Source of the DNA: an uncultured Gemmatimonadaceae bacterium
GTDB taxonomy: Bacteria; Gemmatimonadota; Gemmatimonadetes; Gemmatimonadales; Gemmatimonadaceae
Length of the DNA: 64,000 nt
Assembly (NCBI GenBank): GCA_963781585.1
Contig: CAWAGQ010000005.1
Location: forward strand, 160,001-224,000
Direction: 5' to 3'
The notes under the pieces are model-generated. The model searched no databases. It saw nothing but the letters and a program-made list of their open reading frames with translations, and was not told where the DNA came from. The translations under genes and the position numbers were made by a program. The stretch's first letter is position 1. Each line of letters begins with the position of its first letter. Positions 9,272 to 18,806 of the stretch are shown here, one piece after another.

Positions 9272-10254
9272 CAATCGACGCCGGCGGCGCGCTCGGCGGC
9301 TGCGACAATCTCCAGGCTGCGCAGCCCGTCCTCGAACGTCGGCACCTCGACGTCCTGACCACGAATCCGGCGCACGAAGGCGTGAAACGCGTACCGCCAC
9401 GAAGGCTCGGTGCGGGGACGAATCAGCGCGCGAGCGCGCCAGGCCAGAATCGGAAGCGTCAGCGTCCGGGCGCGCGGTCCCCGCAGAACAAGCGAACGCG
9501 CGTATCGATCCACCCGCAGCGCGCCGCGGTCGCCGATCAATTCGATCCAGTCGGCGCGATCGGCGCGAAGCGAGACGACCGACGACGCCACACAGCCACC
9601 GTCGAGGTGAAGGCGCACCGATGCCGAATCGTGTTCCGTGATCTCCGAGCGAATCACCGCCTCCGCCCGGCACACTTCCGCACCCACGAGCCAGCGGACC
9701 AGGTCGAAGTGATGCGATCCAAGATCGAGCAGCACGCCACCACCCTGGTCGCGCCGCGCCTTCCACTCGGGAACCGGCGCGGGCTCCGAGAACTCGGAGC
9801 GCGCGGTGTGTACCTCACCGATCACCCCACTCCGGATCAACTCGCGGGCGCGGGCAATCAGCGGCTGGAATCGCCAGTTGAATCCGATCATCGTCACGCT
9901 CTTCGCGGCTCGCGCGGCTGCTGCCACCTGTCGACCCTGATCCAGCGTGGACGCGATCGGTTTCTCGAGATACAGGTGATGTCCACGCTGGAGCGTCGCC
10001 ATCGCGATTCCGGCGTGGAGGCCGCTAGGCGCCGCCACCACCACTGCATCCACGTCGTCGCGAGCCAGGAGACTCTCGGCATCGGCCAGAGCCGCAGCTT
10101 GTGGCACCATCCGCCGCGCGCGGTCGCGTGCATCGGACTCCGGATCGGCGATTGCCGTGACCCGCACGCCCGGCATGCCGCGGAGGACACGGAGATGGAC
10201 CGCGGTGACGATCGCGCCGCAGCCGATCACACCGACACGCAGCCGCGGCTCCAT
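9271..10254 (-). CDS. Gfo/Idh/MocA family oxidoreductase
   Basis: 'VGVIGCG' Rossmann motif, 'LEKPIA', 'GGVLLDLGSHHFD'. Translationally coupled on both sides. Confidence 0.93.
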   Translation of the reverse strand: MEPRLRVGVIGCGAIVTAVHLRVLRGMPGVRVTAIADPESDARDRARRMVPQAAALADAESLLARDDVDAVVVAAPSGLHAGIAMATLQRGHHLYLEKPIASTLDQGRQVAAAARAAKSVTMIGFNWRFQPLIARARELIRSGVIGEVHTARSEFSEPAPVPEWKARRDQGGGVLLDLGSHHFDLVRWLVGAEVCRAEAVIRSEITEHDSASVRLHLDGGCVASSVVSLRADRADWIELIGDRGALRVDRYARSLVLRGPRARTLTLPILAWRARALIRPRTEPSWRYAFHAFVRRIRGQDVEVPTFEDGLRSLEIVAAAERAAGVD

Positions 10255-11186
10255 CAGATATACCGCGATCGGTGCACTTCGTATTCCGCGAGCTGCAGCG
10301 CCGTCTTGCCGCCGCCGGCCAGGTACCCCGTGGCCTCGCCAGCGGCCGTTACCATCGCGCTGAGAAGAATGAGCGCCAGTGTTCCCGCGGGCGCTTGCGA
10401 TTTCTGGTACGCCCACTGGACCGAACGCAGCGGCTTGCCGGCGATCAGGACGGCGGCGATGGGCGTGGCGAGGAAATACAGCAGCCGGCGCGACGCGGAC
10501 CATCCTCGCGAGCGGGCCGTTCCCCAGAATCGCCCCGTCAGAAAGCGTTCCGGCAGCCAGCCGCGGAAAGTTGCAACATTGAGGTGCGCCAGACGTGCCC
10601 CGGGCTCGATGAGAAAGCGCCCGCCGCGGTCGTGAAGGTACGCATCAAGCCCGCTGCCGTAGTCGAGCATCTCTGCCAGGCGCTCCCCGAGATCCACCAG
10701 TGCCTGACGGCGGAAGCATCCGTTGTAGGTGGCGACGGTCTCGATCTCGGTGCGGACCGCCGGATCGATCCAGTGCCGGTAGGTCAACATCAGCAGCGCC
10801 CAGCTCATCGCCTTTGTCGGATTGCCGTTTTCGATCACCGGCATGACCACGGCGTAGTCGCCGCCGGCGTGCGCGGCGAGCAGCGCCTGGAGACAATCGG
10901 GCGCCGGATAGGAGTGGGTCTCACCGATGAAGACCAGAGGACACGAGGCCGCGCGGACACCTGCGGCGCGCGCTGGAGAGAGCGGCATGATCGCATCAAC
11001 CTCGACCACCCGGACTGCGCCCATTCCCGCGGTCTCCCGCGGGTCGAGCTCCAACTCCGATTCCGACCGGCAGACGATGACGAGCTCGATGGCTGGAGAG
11101 ATCGTCTGCGCCCGCACCGCACGCACCACGTCGCGGATCGTGGCGAAGGTGTCGGTCACCACGACGTACGAGACCTCGAGGCTCAC
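10254..11186 (-). CDS. Glycosyltransferase family 2-like protein
   Basis: GT-A N-terminus 'VSYVVVT...IELVIV', 'RAAGVRAAS..LVFIGETH', and C-terminal hydrophobic helices. Confidence 0.85.
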   Translation of the reverse strand: MSLEVSYVVVTDTFATIRDVVRAVRAQTISPAIELVIVCRSESELELDPRETAGMGAVRVVEVDAIMPLSPARAAGVRAASCPLVFIGETHSYPAPDCLQALLAAHAGGDYAVVMPVIENGNPTKAMSWALLMLTYRHWIDPAVRTEIETVATYNGCFRRQALVDLGERLAEMLDYGSGLDAYLHDRGGRFLIEPGARLAHLNVATFRGWLPERFLTGRFWGTARSRGWSASRRLLYFLATPIAAVLIAGKPLRSVQWAYQKSQAPAGTLALILLSAMVTAAGEATGYLAGGGKTALQLAEYEVHRSRYI

Positions 11187-12112
11187 GCGTACCGCTCCTT
11201 ATGCAGCTCGTACTCGAGCATCCTCGCCTCGGCGTGGCCCTCTCCGGCCACGTATCCAGCCGCCTCGCCGATCGCCCAGAGGACGCTTCCGCCGGCCACG
11301 GCCACCAGCGTGCCCCTCGGGAGGCGGTTGTCGCTGCCGGCGAGCGTGACCGCCGGACGTGTCCTCGCGAAGCGGACCAGGGGAACGAGCGCCGACCCGC
11401 AGAAGTAGACCACTCTACGGGTGAGCGACCATTCCCGGCTTCGGTGCGACCCGAACAGCCGGCCGCCCCAATAGCGTTCGGCCGCCCACGCGATCCAGGG
11501 CGCGACATTCAGGTGCGCCACACGCGCGTTAGGCACGTGACAGAACCGCGCGCCCCGCGCGGCCAGCGCTGCATCCAGCGGCCCGCCCGGCTCCAGCATG
11601 TGCGCGAGCCCGTCGCCCGCGCTCAGCAGGACGTCGCGCTTCCAGCAGGCGTTGTAGGCCGGAGGCTCGGCAATCCGGCCCGCCGGACGCTCGGCGAGGA
11701 AGCGACCGTAATCCATGACCAGGCCACTCCAGCTGCGTGCGGTCCGCGGATTCCCGTTTGCCATGCCGGGCGCCACCGCGTCCCACGGGCCGTCGTGGGC
11801 CGCAAGCAGCTGCTCGGCCCACGAAGGCGCCGGGAACGCATGCGTCTCGCCGAGGACCACGACTGGCGCGCGCGCCGCGCGAACGCCCGCTGCCCGGGCC
11901 ACGCCCATCGGCACGAGCGGGCTCTCCACCACGGTAATGCCCGAAAGCGCATCTGCCGTGTCAGCCGGCACCTGGCAGTTCGTCGCCGACGGGCACACCG
12001 CCACCAGCTCGATCTCACGCGCCAGCGTCTGGGCGCACAGATGGCTCGTCACGCGACGGATGGTCGCGTAGTCGTCGGTGAGAATGACGATCGAGAGTCG
12101 GGGGGCAGGCAT
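11183..12112 (-). CDS. Glycosyltransferase family 2-like protein (paralog of the adjacent gene)
   Basis: 'LSIVILTD', 'RAAGVRAARAPVVVLGETH'. The ORF-track N-terminal extension is only the translated repeat. Confidence 0.85.
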   Translation of the reverse strand: MPAPRLSIVILTDDYATIRRVTSHLCAQTLAREIELVAVCPSATNCQVPADTADALSGITVVESPLVPMGVARAAGVRAARAPVVVLGETHAFPAPSWAEQLLAAHDGPWDAVAPGMANGNPRTARSWSGLVMDYGRFLAERPAGRIAEPPAYNACWKRDVLLSAGDGLAHMLEPGGPLDAALAARGARFCHVPNARVAHLNVAPWIAWAAERYWGGRLFGSHRSREWSLTRRVVYFCGSALVPLVRFARTRPAVTLAGSDNRLPRGTLVAVAGGSVLWAIGEAAGYVAGEGHAEARMLEYELHKERYA

Positions 12113-12123
12113 GGGCGAGAGGA

Positions 12124-12228
12124 GGGCAAAGGCCAAAGGCCAAAGGCCAAAGGCCAAAGGCCAAAGGCCAAAGGCCAAAGGCCAAAGGCCAAAGGCCAAA
12201 GGCCAAAGGCCAAAGGCCAAAGGCCAAA
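12124..12228. repeat. Heptamer tandem repeat (GGCCAAA)x14 plus one variant
   Basis: 14 perfect copies at 12131-12228, preceded by GGGCAAA. Confidence 0.98.
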
Positions 12229-12467
12229 GCAGGTCGGAAGATGTGCCAGACTATGGCATTGCCGCCACTTGGCTAGCTACGGAATGCCGCGAAAGGCCAG
12301 GCTTGACGTGCGCCATGGTCATCGCCGGCCCCGCCGGTCCCTTCGGAAACGCAAAGATCGTGCGCACCGTGCCTGACTCGCGGTAGCCGGGCGGTCAGGC
12401 GTCACCTGTTTGCCTTGGGAACTGACTGGGATCGCGCTCCGCACCCCCGACCACGACCTTCCAGGCC

Positions 12468-12872
12468 TTACAGCAGCAACAGGCCGCGCCTCACACCCGT
12501 CGCTACCGCCTCCGCCCGTGACGACACCTCGAGCTTCTCGAAGAGCATCTCCAGGTGCGTCTTCACCGTGTTCGCGGAGATGCCGAGTCGCGCTGCGATC
12601 TGCTTGTTCCCGAGTCCCTCGGCCAGGTAGCCGAGAATCTCGCGCTCCCGATTGGTCAGCACCGTTCCCACGATCGTGTCGGCGCGGGGACGCGCGGTCA
12701 CGAGCCGCTGATCATCGGGCGTGTGCGCCACGAGAACGACATCGGTCGTCTCTGGCACATCCTGCTCGGAGGCGACGGCGTCCACCACGTCAAAGGCGGT
12801 ATCGGCCCGAAGTGCGGCCGCCAGCTGCGCACGCAGCCTGTCGGACGAGGCGACGACCACGACCCGCGTCAC
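12468..12872 (-). CDS. LuxR-type HTH regulator with a truncated, degenerate receiver
   Basis: 'LTNREREILGYLAEGLGNKQIAARLGISANTVKTH'. Only 134 aa, with 'VVLVA' where the phospho-Asp is expected. Confidence 0.88.
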   Translation of the reverse strand: MTRVVVVASSDRLRAQLAAALRADTAFDVVDAVASEQDVPETTDVVLVAHTPDDQRLVTARPRADTIVGTVLTNREREILGYLAEGLGNKQIAARLGISANTVKTHLEMLFEKLEVSSRAEAVATGVRRGLLLL

Positions 12873-12887
12873 GGGCAGGCCCGCTCG

Positions 12888-13487
12888 TTATGCAGCCCGC
12901 CGTGACAGCGCGCGTTCCACGAACCGCCGCACCAGCCCGGCTGGAACGGCCACACCCAGGCCATTGACCACCATGCTGTTGACGCCCACCAGCCGCCCTT
13001 CGGCGTCCACCAGGGGGCCACCGGAGTTGCCCGGCGCCAGACGCACGTCGGCCACCACCCAGCGCGGTTCGTCGGTCCGTGGGTCTCGCGCGACCGCGTG
13101 CACCACGCCCATCGCGAGTGCATCGGGGATCCCGAGCGGATGTCCGTGGGCGAACACCAGCTCGCCCACCCGCAACGAGGCCGGGTCCCGGATCTCGAGC
13201 AGAGGCCCGGCCACCGACGGCGCCGCGAGCAGGGCAAGATCATGATCCGGATGGTACGCGAGCGCGGTGGCGTCGCGCCACGTGGTGCCGGCCCGCACCG
13301 CGAGGCGAGTCCAGCGCGGCACGCAGTGGGCATTCGTCACGACCAGGCCGGCGCCGCCCCAGATGATCCCCGTGCCGCTGCCGGTGTCGCCGCTTCGAAC
13401 CTCCGCCACCGCCTGCCGCAGGAGTTCGCTCAGCCCAACGAGGCCGGAACCCACCGCGCGTGCCGGACCTGCCGGAGACGGGATCAT
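12888..13487 (-). CDS. Trypsin-like S1C serine protease without PDZ
   Basis: 'VVTNAH', 'DLALL', 'GNSGGPL' triad motifs; no signal peptide. Confidence 0.9.
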   Translation of the reverse strand: MIPSPAGPARAVGSGLVGLSELLRQAVAEVRSGDTGSGTGIIWGGAGLVVTNAHCVPRWTRLAVRAGTTWRDATALAYHPDHDLALLAAPSVAGPLLEIRDPASLRVGELVFAHGHPLGIPDALAMGVVHAVARDPRTDEPRWVVADVRLAPGNSGGPLVDAEGRLVGVNSMVVNGLGVAVPAGLVRRFVERALSRRAA

Positions 13488-14434
13488 GTCCGCACCCCGC
13501 GGTCCACTGGCGCGATCGACAGCTGCTTCATCGCGCCCCCACGCAGCACCTTGAGCTCCACATCCGTCTCGGGCGTCACACCGGCGAGCACGTCGAGCAG
13601 GTCGGTGGGATGGCGCAAAACGTGTCCATTTGCCTCGAGCAGGGCATCGCCCACGAACAGCCCCCCGCGTTCGGCTGGAGATCCGTCGCCGACCGACAGG
13701 ATCAGCAGGGCGGTGTCGTTCGCGAGCTGATGCTGCCTGACGAGGGCTGACGGAAGCATCACGGGCTGGACCGCGACCCCGATGAACGGGCGCCGTACGT
13801 GCCCCCGCTCGAGGAGTTCGTCGATCACGCTATCGACGGCGACCGCCGGTAACGCCATGGGCATGCCGCGTCCCAGGGCGGAGTTGTCGATGCCGAGCCG
13901 CGCGCCGCCGGCATCCAACAACGGCCCGCCGGAGAATCCGTCGTAGATGGCGAGGTCGAGCCGTAGCACCTTGTCGATCCGGGCACCGCCGCCGCCACCC
14001 TGCCACGTCCGCCACCCTTCGCGAATGGCGCTGATGATGCCGAAGCTCGCCGTGACGTCGCGGCCCGGCCGGCCCGCGGCGATCACCAGCGCGCCCACCC
14101 GTGCGGTGTCATCGCCGGCCGCAGGCGCGGCCAGGGGCTTCGCGCTCCCCGTCGCGATGCGGAGTGCGATCAGGTCAGTCGCAGCGTCCCGGCCGATGAC
14201 CGTCGCCGCGGTGGACTCGCCATCGGGAAGCGTGATGGCGATGTCGTCATCCTTGCGAACCGTATGGCTCGCACTCACGATCACGCCGTCCCGCCAGACG
14301 ATCCCGCTGGAGGGAATGCGGCGGCGTGCATGGATGGCGACGATGGAGCTGGATGCACTCTGTACCGCGTCAGCCAGCTCAGTGGAGAGCTGGCTGAGCG
14401 TGCTCCCGGTCTTTCCGATCTTCGATGGTGTCAT
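13484..14434 (-). CDS. S1C serine protease with C-terminal PDZ domain
   Basis: 'IVSASH', 'TDLIAL', 'GFSGGPL'; PDZ 'FIGV...GSPAERGGL..GD'; no signal peptide. Confidence 0.9.
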   Translation of the reverse strand: MTPSKIGKTGSTLSQLSTELADAVQSASSSIVAIHARRRIPSSGIVWRDGVIVSASHTVRKDDDIAITLPDGESTAATVIGRDAATDLIALRIATGSAKPLAAPAAGDDTARVGALVIAAGRPGRDVTASFGIISAIREGWRTWQGGGGGARIDKVLRLDLAIYDGFSGGPLLDAGGARLGIDNSALGRGMPMALPAVAVDSVIDELLERGHVRRPFIGVAVQPVMLPSALVRQHQLANDTALLILSVGDGSPAERGGLFVGDALLEANGHVLRHPTDLLDVLAGVTPETDVELKVLRGGAMKQLSIAPVDRGVRT

Positions 14435-14512
14435 GTCTATCCCGCTGTGCAATCGGTGTGCATGCACTCAAGCACACTCGCGGCATCGACACCATCGGAT
14501 AAATGGGGGAGT

Positions 14513-14575
14513 AGAGGTCAGAGGCCAGAGGCCAGAGGTCAGAGGCCAGAGGTCAGAGGCCAGAGGTCAGAGGCA
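14513..14575. repeat. Heptamer tandem repeat (AGAGGYC)x9
   Basis: Mixed agaggtc/agaggcc units; the last is agaggca. Confidence 0.95.
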
Positions 14576-14739
14576 ACACGTATCCGGACAGCAGAGATGG
14601 TCCTCTGCGCGCGCTCGGAATCGGCGTGGCGGAGGCCCCGCGGCATTGCTGCGACCGGTTCATTCGCGGTCTCGTCAGGCAATGCGAGGCCGGCGGAGCT
14701 ACTCAACAGAGCGGCACCGCCGGCGTATCCGTTTTCAAT

Positions 14740-14769
14740 CCGCGCGGCCCGTGCAGCGGGCCGACGCGG
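14740..14769 (-). terminator. GC-rich hairpin after the DinB gene
   Basis: ccgcg-cggcccg / cgggccg-a-cgcgg inverted repeat just past the stop at 14784. The U tract is weak. Confidence 0.45.
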
Positions 14770-14783
14770 AATCCCGGATTCGA

Positions 14784-15308
14784 CTACGGCTTCTTCGCCG
14801 TTGGCGGGAGCTCGCCGTTCAGCCGCAGGTAGATTGCGGCCTGGCTGTAGTGGTCGGCCCAGTCGGCGGTGACCATCGTCATGACCGCCGCGCGCGACAT
14901 CGTCCTGCCGAACATCGGCAGCTCCTCGGCGAGTTTGGAGTCGTCCAGCTTCGACAGCGCCTGATCGCAGAACTGGAACGTCTCCTTCAACCGGGCCACG
15001 AGGACGTCCTTGCTGTCAGTCGGCGCGACCTTCGTGCGCGTCGGCGGCTTCATGCCCGTGAGCGTTCCGCAGAAGAGGTCGTTGCCTCCAGCCAGGTGTG
15101 CCACTACCTCGCCAAAGGTCATCTGGGCTTCGGTCGGTTTGAATCCGTACTTGTCGGCCGGCATGGTTTCGGCCGCCGCGACAAGCTTCTTCTCGTTTTG
15201 CATGGCGTCGTTGCGGAACGCCTGCGCTACGGGCGAGGATGGCTGGGCTAGGGTGAGCGAGGGGATGAGGGCCGTGGCGAGCACGGCGGTGTAGACGCGA
15301 ATGTGCAT
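14784..15308 (-). CDS. Secreted DinB family protein
   Basis: Signal peptide; 'AAETMPADKYGFKPT..MTFGEVVAH'; 'DHYSQAAIYLRLNG..PP'. Confidence 0.9.
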   Translation of the reverse strand: MHIRVYTAVLATALIPSLTLAQPSSPVAQAFRNDAMQNEKKLVAAAETMPADKYGFKPTEAQMTFGEVVAHLAGGNDLFCGTLTGMKPPTRTKVAPTDSKDVLVARLKETFQFCDQALSKLDDSKLAEELPMFGRTMSRAAVMTMVTADWADHYSQAAIYLRLNGELPPTAKKP

Positions 15309-15418
15309 GGGAGTGCTCGGGGTTAGTGATGCATGCATACTGTATTTGATTGGGCCCGGAGTCCAGACCGGCGTCGGCCGGCCAGTAGTGGGCGACCAGC
15401 GGAAATCAGGGTCTCAGG

Positions 15419-15493
15419 AAATTGGGGTTAGACTCGAATTTCCGACCTTACTGCAGAAAATTGGGGTCAGACTCGAATTTCCGAGCTTACTGC
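15419..15493. repeat. Two copies (39-bp period) of the REP-like element AAATTGGGGTYAGACTCGAATTTCCGA
   Basis: 15419-15454 and 15458-15493 differ at 2 positions. A third copy of the core lies at 45758. Confidence 0.85.
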
Positions 15494-17190
15494 TTGACTC
15501 GCATGAACGGCATGTCGCGCATCCGTGATGCGCCGACGTGCAGCGTTGTCACGCGTCCCGAGGCGTCGCGGGTGAACCAGATCACGCGCCCGCCACCCTG
15601 GCGCGGACCGAAGTGATCGCGATACAGGGGGCGCAGCGGCAGCTTCGTGTCGGGACGCTGTTCGATCTCGAGTCCCCCATCCACGACGGCGACGGTGAAC
15701 GTCGCGTCGGCCTCGTCACTATGCCAGATGCCGGCGAACTCGGGCAGCTGCGACGCCGTCGGCGTCCACGGCGTCTCCGCCACGTAGTGATCGTCGCCAT
15801 CAGGGCGGTAACGCGTTGCGCGGGCCGGCTGGCCGCCGACGGCGGGCTCAAATCGCCACCGGATCGGTCCCTGTGCGGCGACGAACTGACCGTCGCGGAG
15901 GGGATGCAGCGGGGCACCGGCGCGGAGCGACCCGCTTTCCATTGTGATCTGGATGGGCATGTGGGTGGCGACATCCTGCCACAGGCCCACCCACTTCTGA
16001 AGGTCCTGCGCCGGCAGCGACACGGTGTCGGGCGCCGGTGGTGCCGGCAACGGACCCGCGATTTCATCGACCAGTCGCATGGCGAGTTGTCCCGGATTCG
16101 GCGAGGGGGCGTTGCACATCACGGCGATCGACAGGGCGCGCCCCGGAAATCGGGTGAGAAACGTCGTGTATCCCGCGGTCGAGCCGCTGTGCGCTACCTG
16201 ACGCAGACCTTTGTAGGTCGTGACCGCCAGTCCCAGCGCGTAGGCGATCTGGCGTCCGTCGTTCAGCCGGCCCTGCCGCTCCAGCGAATCCACCAGCGCG
16301 CCGACGTTCTTGCCGCCCAGGCTGCGCGTGTCGAGCATGGCGTTCCACTTCAACCAGTCGCCCACCGTGGTGAGCAGACCGCCGTTGCCGTAGACGTTCA
16401 TGAACGGCATGTCGAGCTTCCACGCGCCCTGCCCGGCGCGCGTGTACGCCTGTGAACGTCCGGGGACCAGGGTCGTATAGTCCGTGCGCCATTGCGAGTG
16501 CGTCATGCCTAACGGCTTGAGGAACCGTTCGGCAGTGAATGCCGGCAGGCTCTGCTTCGAGACGCGTTCGACGATGGTTGACAGCAGCGTAAAGCCGCTG
16601 TTGGAGTACGAGTACTCGGCGCCGGGGGTGAAATCGAGCCCGCGCTGGTGCACGATCACGTCGAACGCCAGCGCCTGCGAGACCAGCCGGTCGCCACGCC
16701 CGTAGCCCGTGAGCGCGAGTACCGAGCCCCAGTCACGGATCCCGCTCGTGTGGTTGAGGAGATGACGGATGGTGAGCGGCGCGCCGTAGTCGGGAAGCTC
16801 GGGAATGTACTTCTTCACCGGATCGTCGAGCCGGAGCTTTCCCTCGAGCGCCAGGAGCACGATCGAAGCGGCCGTAAATTGCTTGGCCACCGATCCCGAC
16901 TCGAAGATCGTCTGCGGCGTGTTGGCGATGCCGAACTCGAGATCGGCCATCCCGAATGCCCGTTCATAGACCGGCCGATTGTCGTGCGCGATACCTACCG
17001 CGCACCCGGGGGCAGGCGCGGTCCCCGACGCCGAAGTGACCGCCGAGAGCACGTGATCGGCCCGAGCGGCGATCGTGGCGGAGTCGGGCATCTGCGACGT
17101 GGCCCGTCGCGACGGGATGCACGTGAACGTGATGGCCGCGACGGCCCCTATCGCGCGCGCGGTCCCTATTCTGTGTCTGGCAATTCGCAT
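15487..17190 (-). CDS. Serine hydrolase, beta-lactamase (class C/PBP) family, secreted
   Basis: SxxK 'GSVAKQF', YxN 'YSYSNSG', 'HSGSTAG', 'LLNHTSG'. Confidence 0.93.
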   Translation of the reverse strand: MRIARHRIGTARAIGAVAAITFTCIPSRRATSQMPDSATIAARADHVLSAVTSASGTAPAPGCAVGIAHDNRPVYERAFGMADLEFGIANTPQTIFESGSVAKQFTAASIVLLALEGKLRLDDPVKKYIPELPDYGAPLTIRHLLNHTSGIRDWGSVLALTGYGRGDRLVSQALAFDVIVHQRGLDFTPGAEYSYSNSGFTLLSTIVERVSKQSLPAFTAERFLKPLGMTHSQWRTDYTTLVPGRSQAYTRAGQGAWKLDMPFMNVYGNGGLLTTVGDWLKWNAMLDTRSLGGKNVGALVDSLERQGRLNDGRQIAYALGLAVTTYKGLRQVAHSGSTAGYTTFLTRFPGRALSIAVMCNAPSPNPGQLAMRLVDEIAGPLPAPPAPDTVSLPAQDLQKWVGLWQDVATHMPIQITMESGSLRAGAPLHPLRDGQFVAAQGPIRWRFEPAVGGQPARATRYRPDGDDHYVAETPWTPTASQLPEFAGIWHSDEADATFTVAVVDGGLEIEQRPDTKLPLRPLYRDHFGPRQGGGRVIWFTRDASGRVTTLHVGASRMRDMPFMRVKQ

Positions 17191-17773
17191 TTCACTCCCG
17201 TCGGTCCGTTCGGGGAAGTCAGAGGTGGCTCATTCAGATCCGGGACAGCCGTTCTCGCCTCGCAGTGGGCACGCCCATGCCGGCGTTCCGAGGCGACCCC
17301 AGCACTGACGCACTCGGAACTTAGGTGCCCGGCGCAACGGCGAAAGGAGGCGGCCCCCGGTACGAGCGTTCCGCGCGCGCCCGTGCCACGGAGCCCCGAC
17401 GCCAAGCCGCGATTCCAGCCGCGCAGGTGGTAGCCTGGCTCCGCGGCCCCTGACGTCGTGCGCGTTAGGCGAGCCGCCGCGTCCCATTGCCACGCCCGAG
17501 ACGCCCGAGCCTGCATGAATTTCGTGCAACCGGGCCCAGGGACATCCGGCTCCGCTGAGGCCGCGTAATCGCAGGCGACACGGGCACCTTCGCTCACGGG
17601 GCTGGCACGAATACCCGCTTGCCACGGCTCAGTGAAGACCGGGGATCATCCGGGTACTAGTTCCTGCGAGACACGGTGGTCACGCCGGCAGCCTGGCGGA
17701 CTTGTCATTGAGGGTTCGCTTCGCCCTGCGCGAAGCACCGGTCCCGAATTCCGACGCAAATCACGGAGGCACT

Positions 17774-18544
17774 ATGTGGCGATACCGATGCATGGGCACG
17801 ACGGCCTCGCTTCTCTTTGCCGGCATGCTGCTGGGCGCTGATGCGCAGCCGGCAGTGGCCCAGAATGGCAACAGCCGGCCGCTCTTCGAATGGAGTGGAC
17901 GGGTGGATCGCGAGGTCCAGCTCACGATGCGGGGACGCAACGTGTGGACACGGGCCTACGGTCAGATGGATCAACCCCTGCCGGGTCCGGACATCATGAC
18001 CGCGCTTCCGCAGAATGATGGCGTCGTCCGGGTTCTGCTCGAGCACGGACTGGGCGAGGTCCAGGTGGTCCAGCAACCCACCAGCGAGAACGACTACACG
18101 GCCATTGTCCGCATCCGTGACCGCAGCAACAGTGGGGAGCCCAACCGGATAACGGTGTCGTGGCTCCCGTACGCGTCGAGCGGTGGCGAGGTGGTCGAAC
18201 GGAGTGACGTCGCGGCGCCGCGCGGCCGGTACGCCGGTGAGCGTACGGTGCTGCACTGGACGGGGCGGGTGGACGACGCGATCGAGATCCGTATCCGCGG
18301 GCAGCAGCTGGATTACCGCACGCTGAGCGGTGACGAGCCGGAGGACATCCACTCCAACCTGGCGCCATACGGGCTGCCGATGGACTACGCCAATGTCCGC
18401 ATCCATCAGCTGGAAGGTCGCGGCACCGTGACCCTGGTCCAGCAGCCCAATGCGGAAAACAACTTCATGGCCGTCTTGCGGATCTACGATCCGCAACCCC
18501 GTACCGGCTTCTACGACTTCGACCTGACGGTCCCGAACCGGTAA
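17774..18544 (+). CDS. Secreted hypothetical protein with two repeated beta-domains
   Basis: GGAGG RBS and signal peptide. The unit 'W.GRVD...I..RG...G.G.V..VQQP..EN.....RI.D' occurs twice. Confidence 0.85.
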   Translation: MWRYRCMGTTASLLFAGMLLGADAQPAVAQNGNSRPLFEWSGRVDREVQLTMRGRNVWTRAYGQMDQPLPGPDIMTALPQNDGVVRVLLEHGLGEVQVVQQPTSENDYTAIVRIRDRSNSGEPNRITVSWLPYASSGGEVVERSDVAAPRGRYAGERTVLHWTGRVDDAIEIRIRGQQLDYRTLSGDEPEDIHSNLAPYGLPMDYANVRIHQLEGRGTVTLVQQPNAENNFMAVLRIYDPQPRTGFYDFDLTVPNR

Positions 18545-18806
18545 CGGGTGGGTGCTCGACTCGCGCAGGTTGAGAGGGCCTGCGTGACCGAGCGAACACG
18601 CGCCGTCGGAGAGCGATCTCCGGCGGCGCGTGCTATCCCGGCCGGTCGTGTTCCCCGCTTCACCGGCGCCGGGGCTTCAGGCTCTTCCACCCGAACCATG
18701 CGGGCGTCGGATCGCATTTCGCAGCCAGGTACTGTCTCCAAGGGGACGGTGACGAGTCGACGTGGCCCGGCTTGACGTGGTGCTCAGGGCGAGCGATAGC
18801 TACCAT

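Noticed and set aside
12015..12386. ORFs with LWPLAFG / QRPKAKG peptide repeats
   Set aside because: Translations of the GGCCAAA DNA repeat, not credible proteins.
15419..15493. 36-bp repeat pair as a CRISPR array
   Set aside because: Only 3 bp separate the copies; it is better explained as a duplication of a REP-like element.
17191..17773. ncRNA or small gene in the ~580-bp divergent intergenic region
   Set aside because: No recognisable RNA family, RBS-supported ORF or motif beyond one CGTTAGGC copy.
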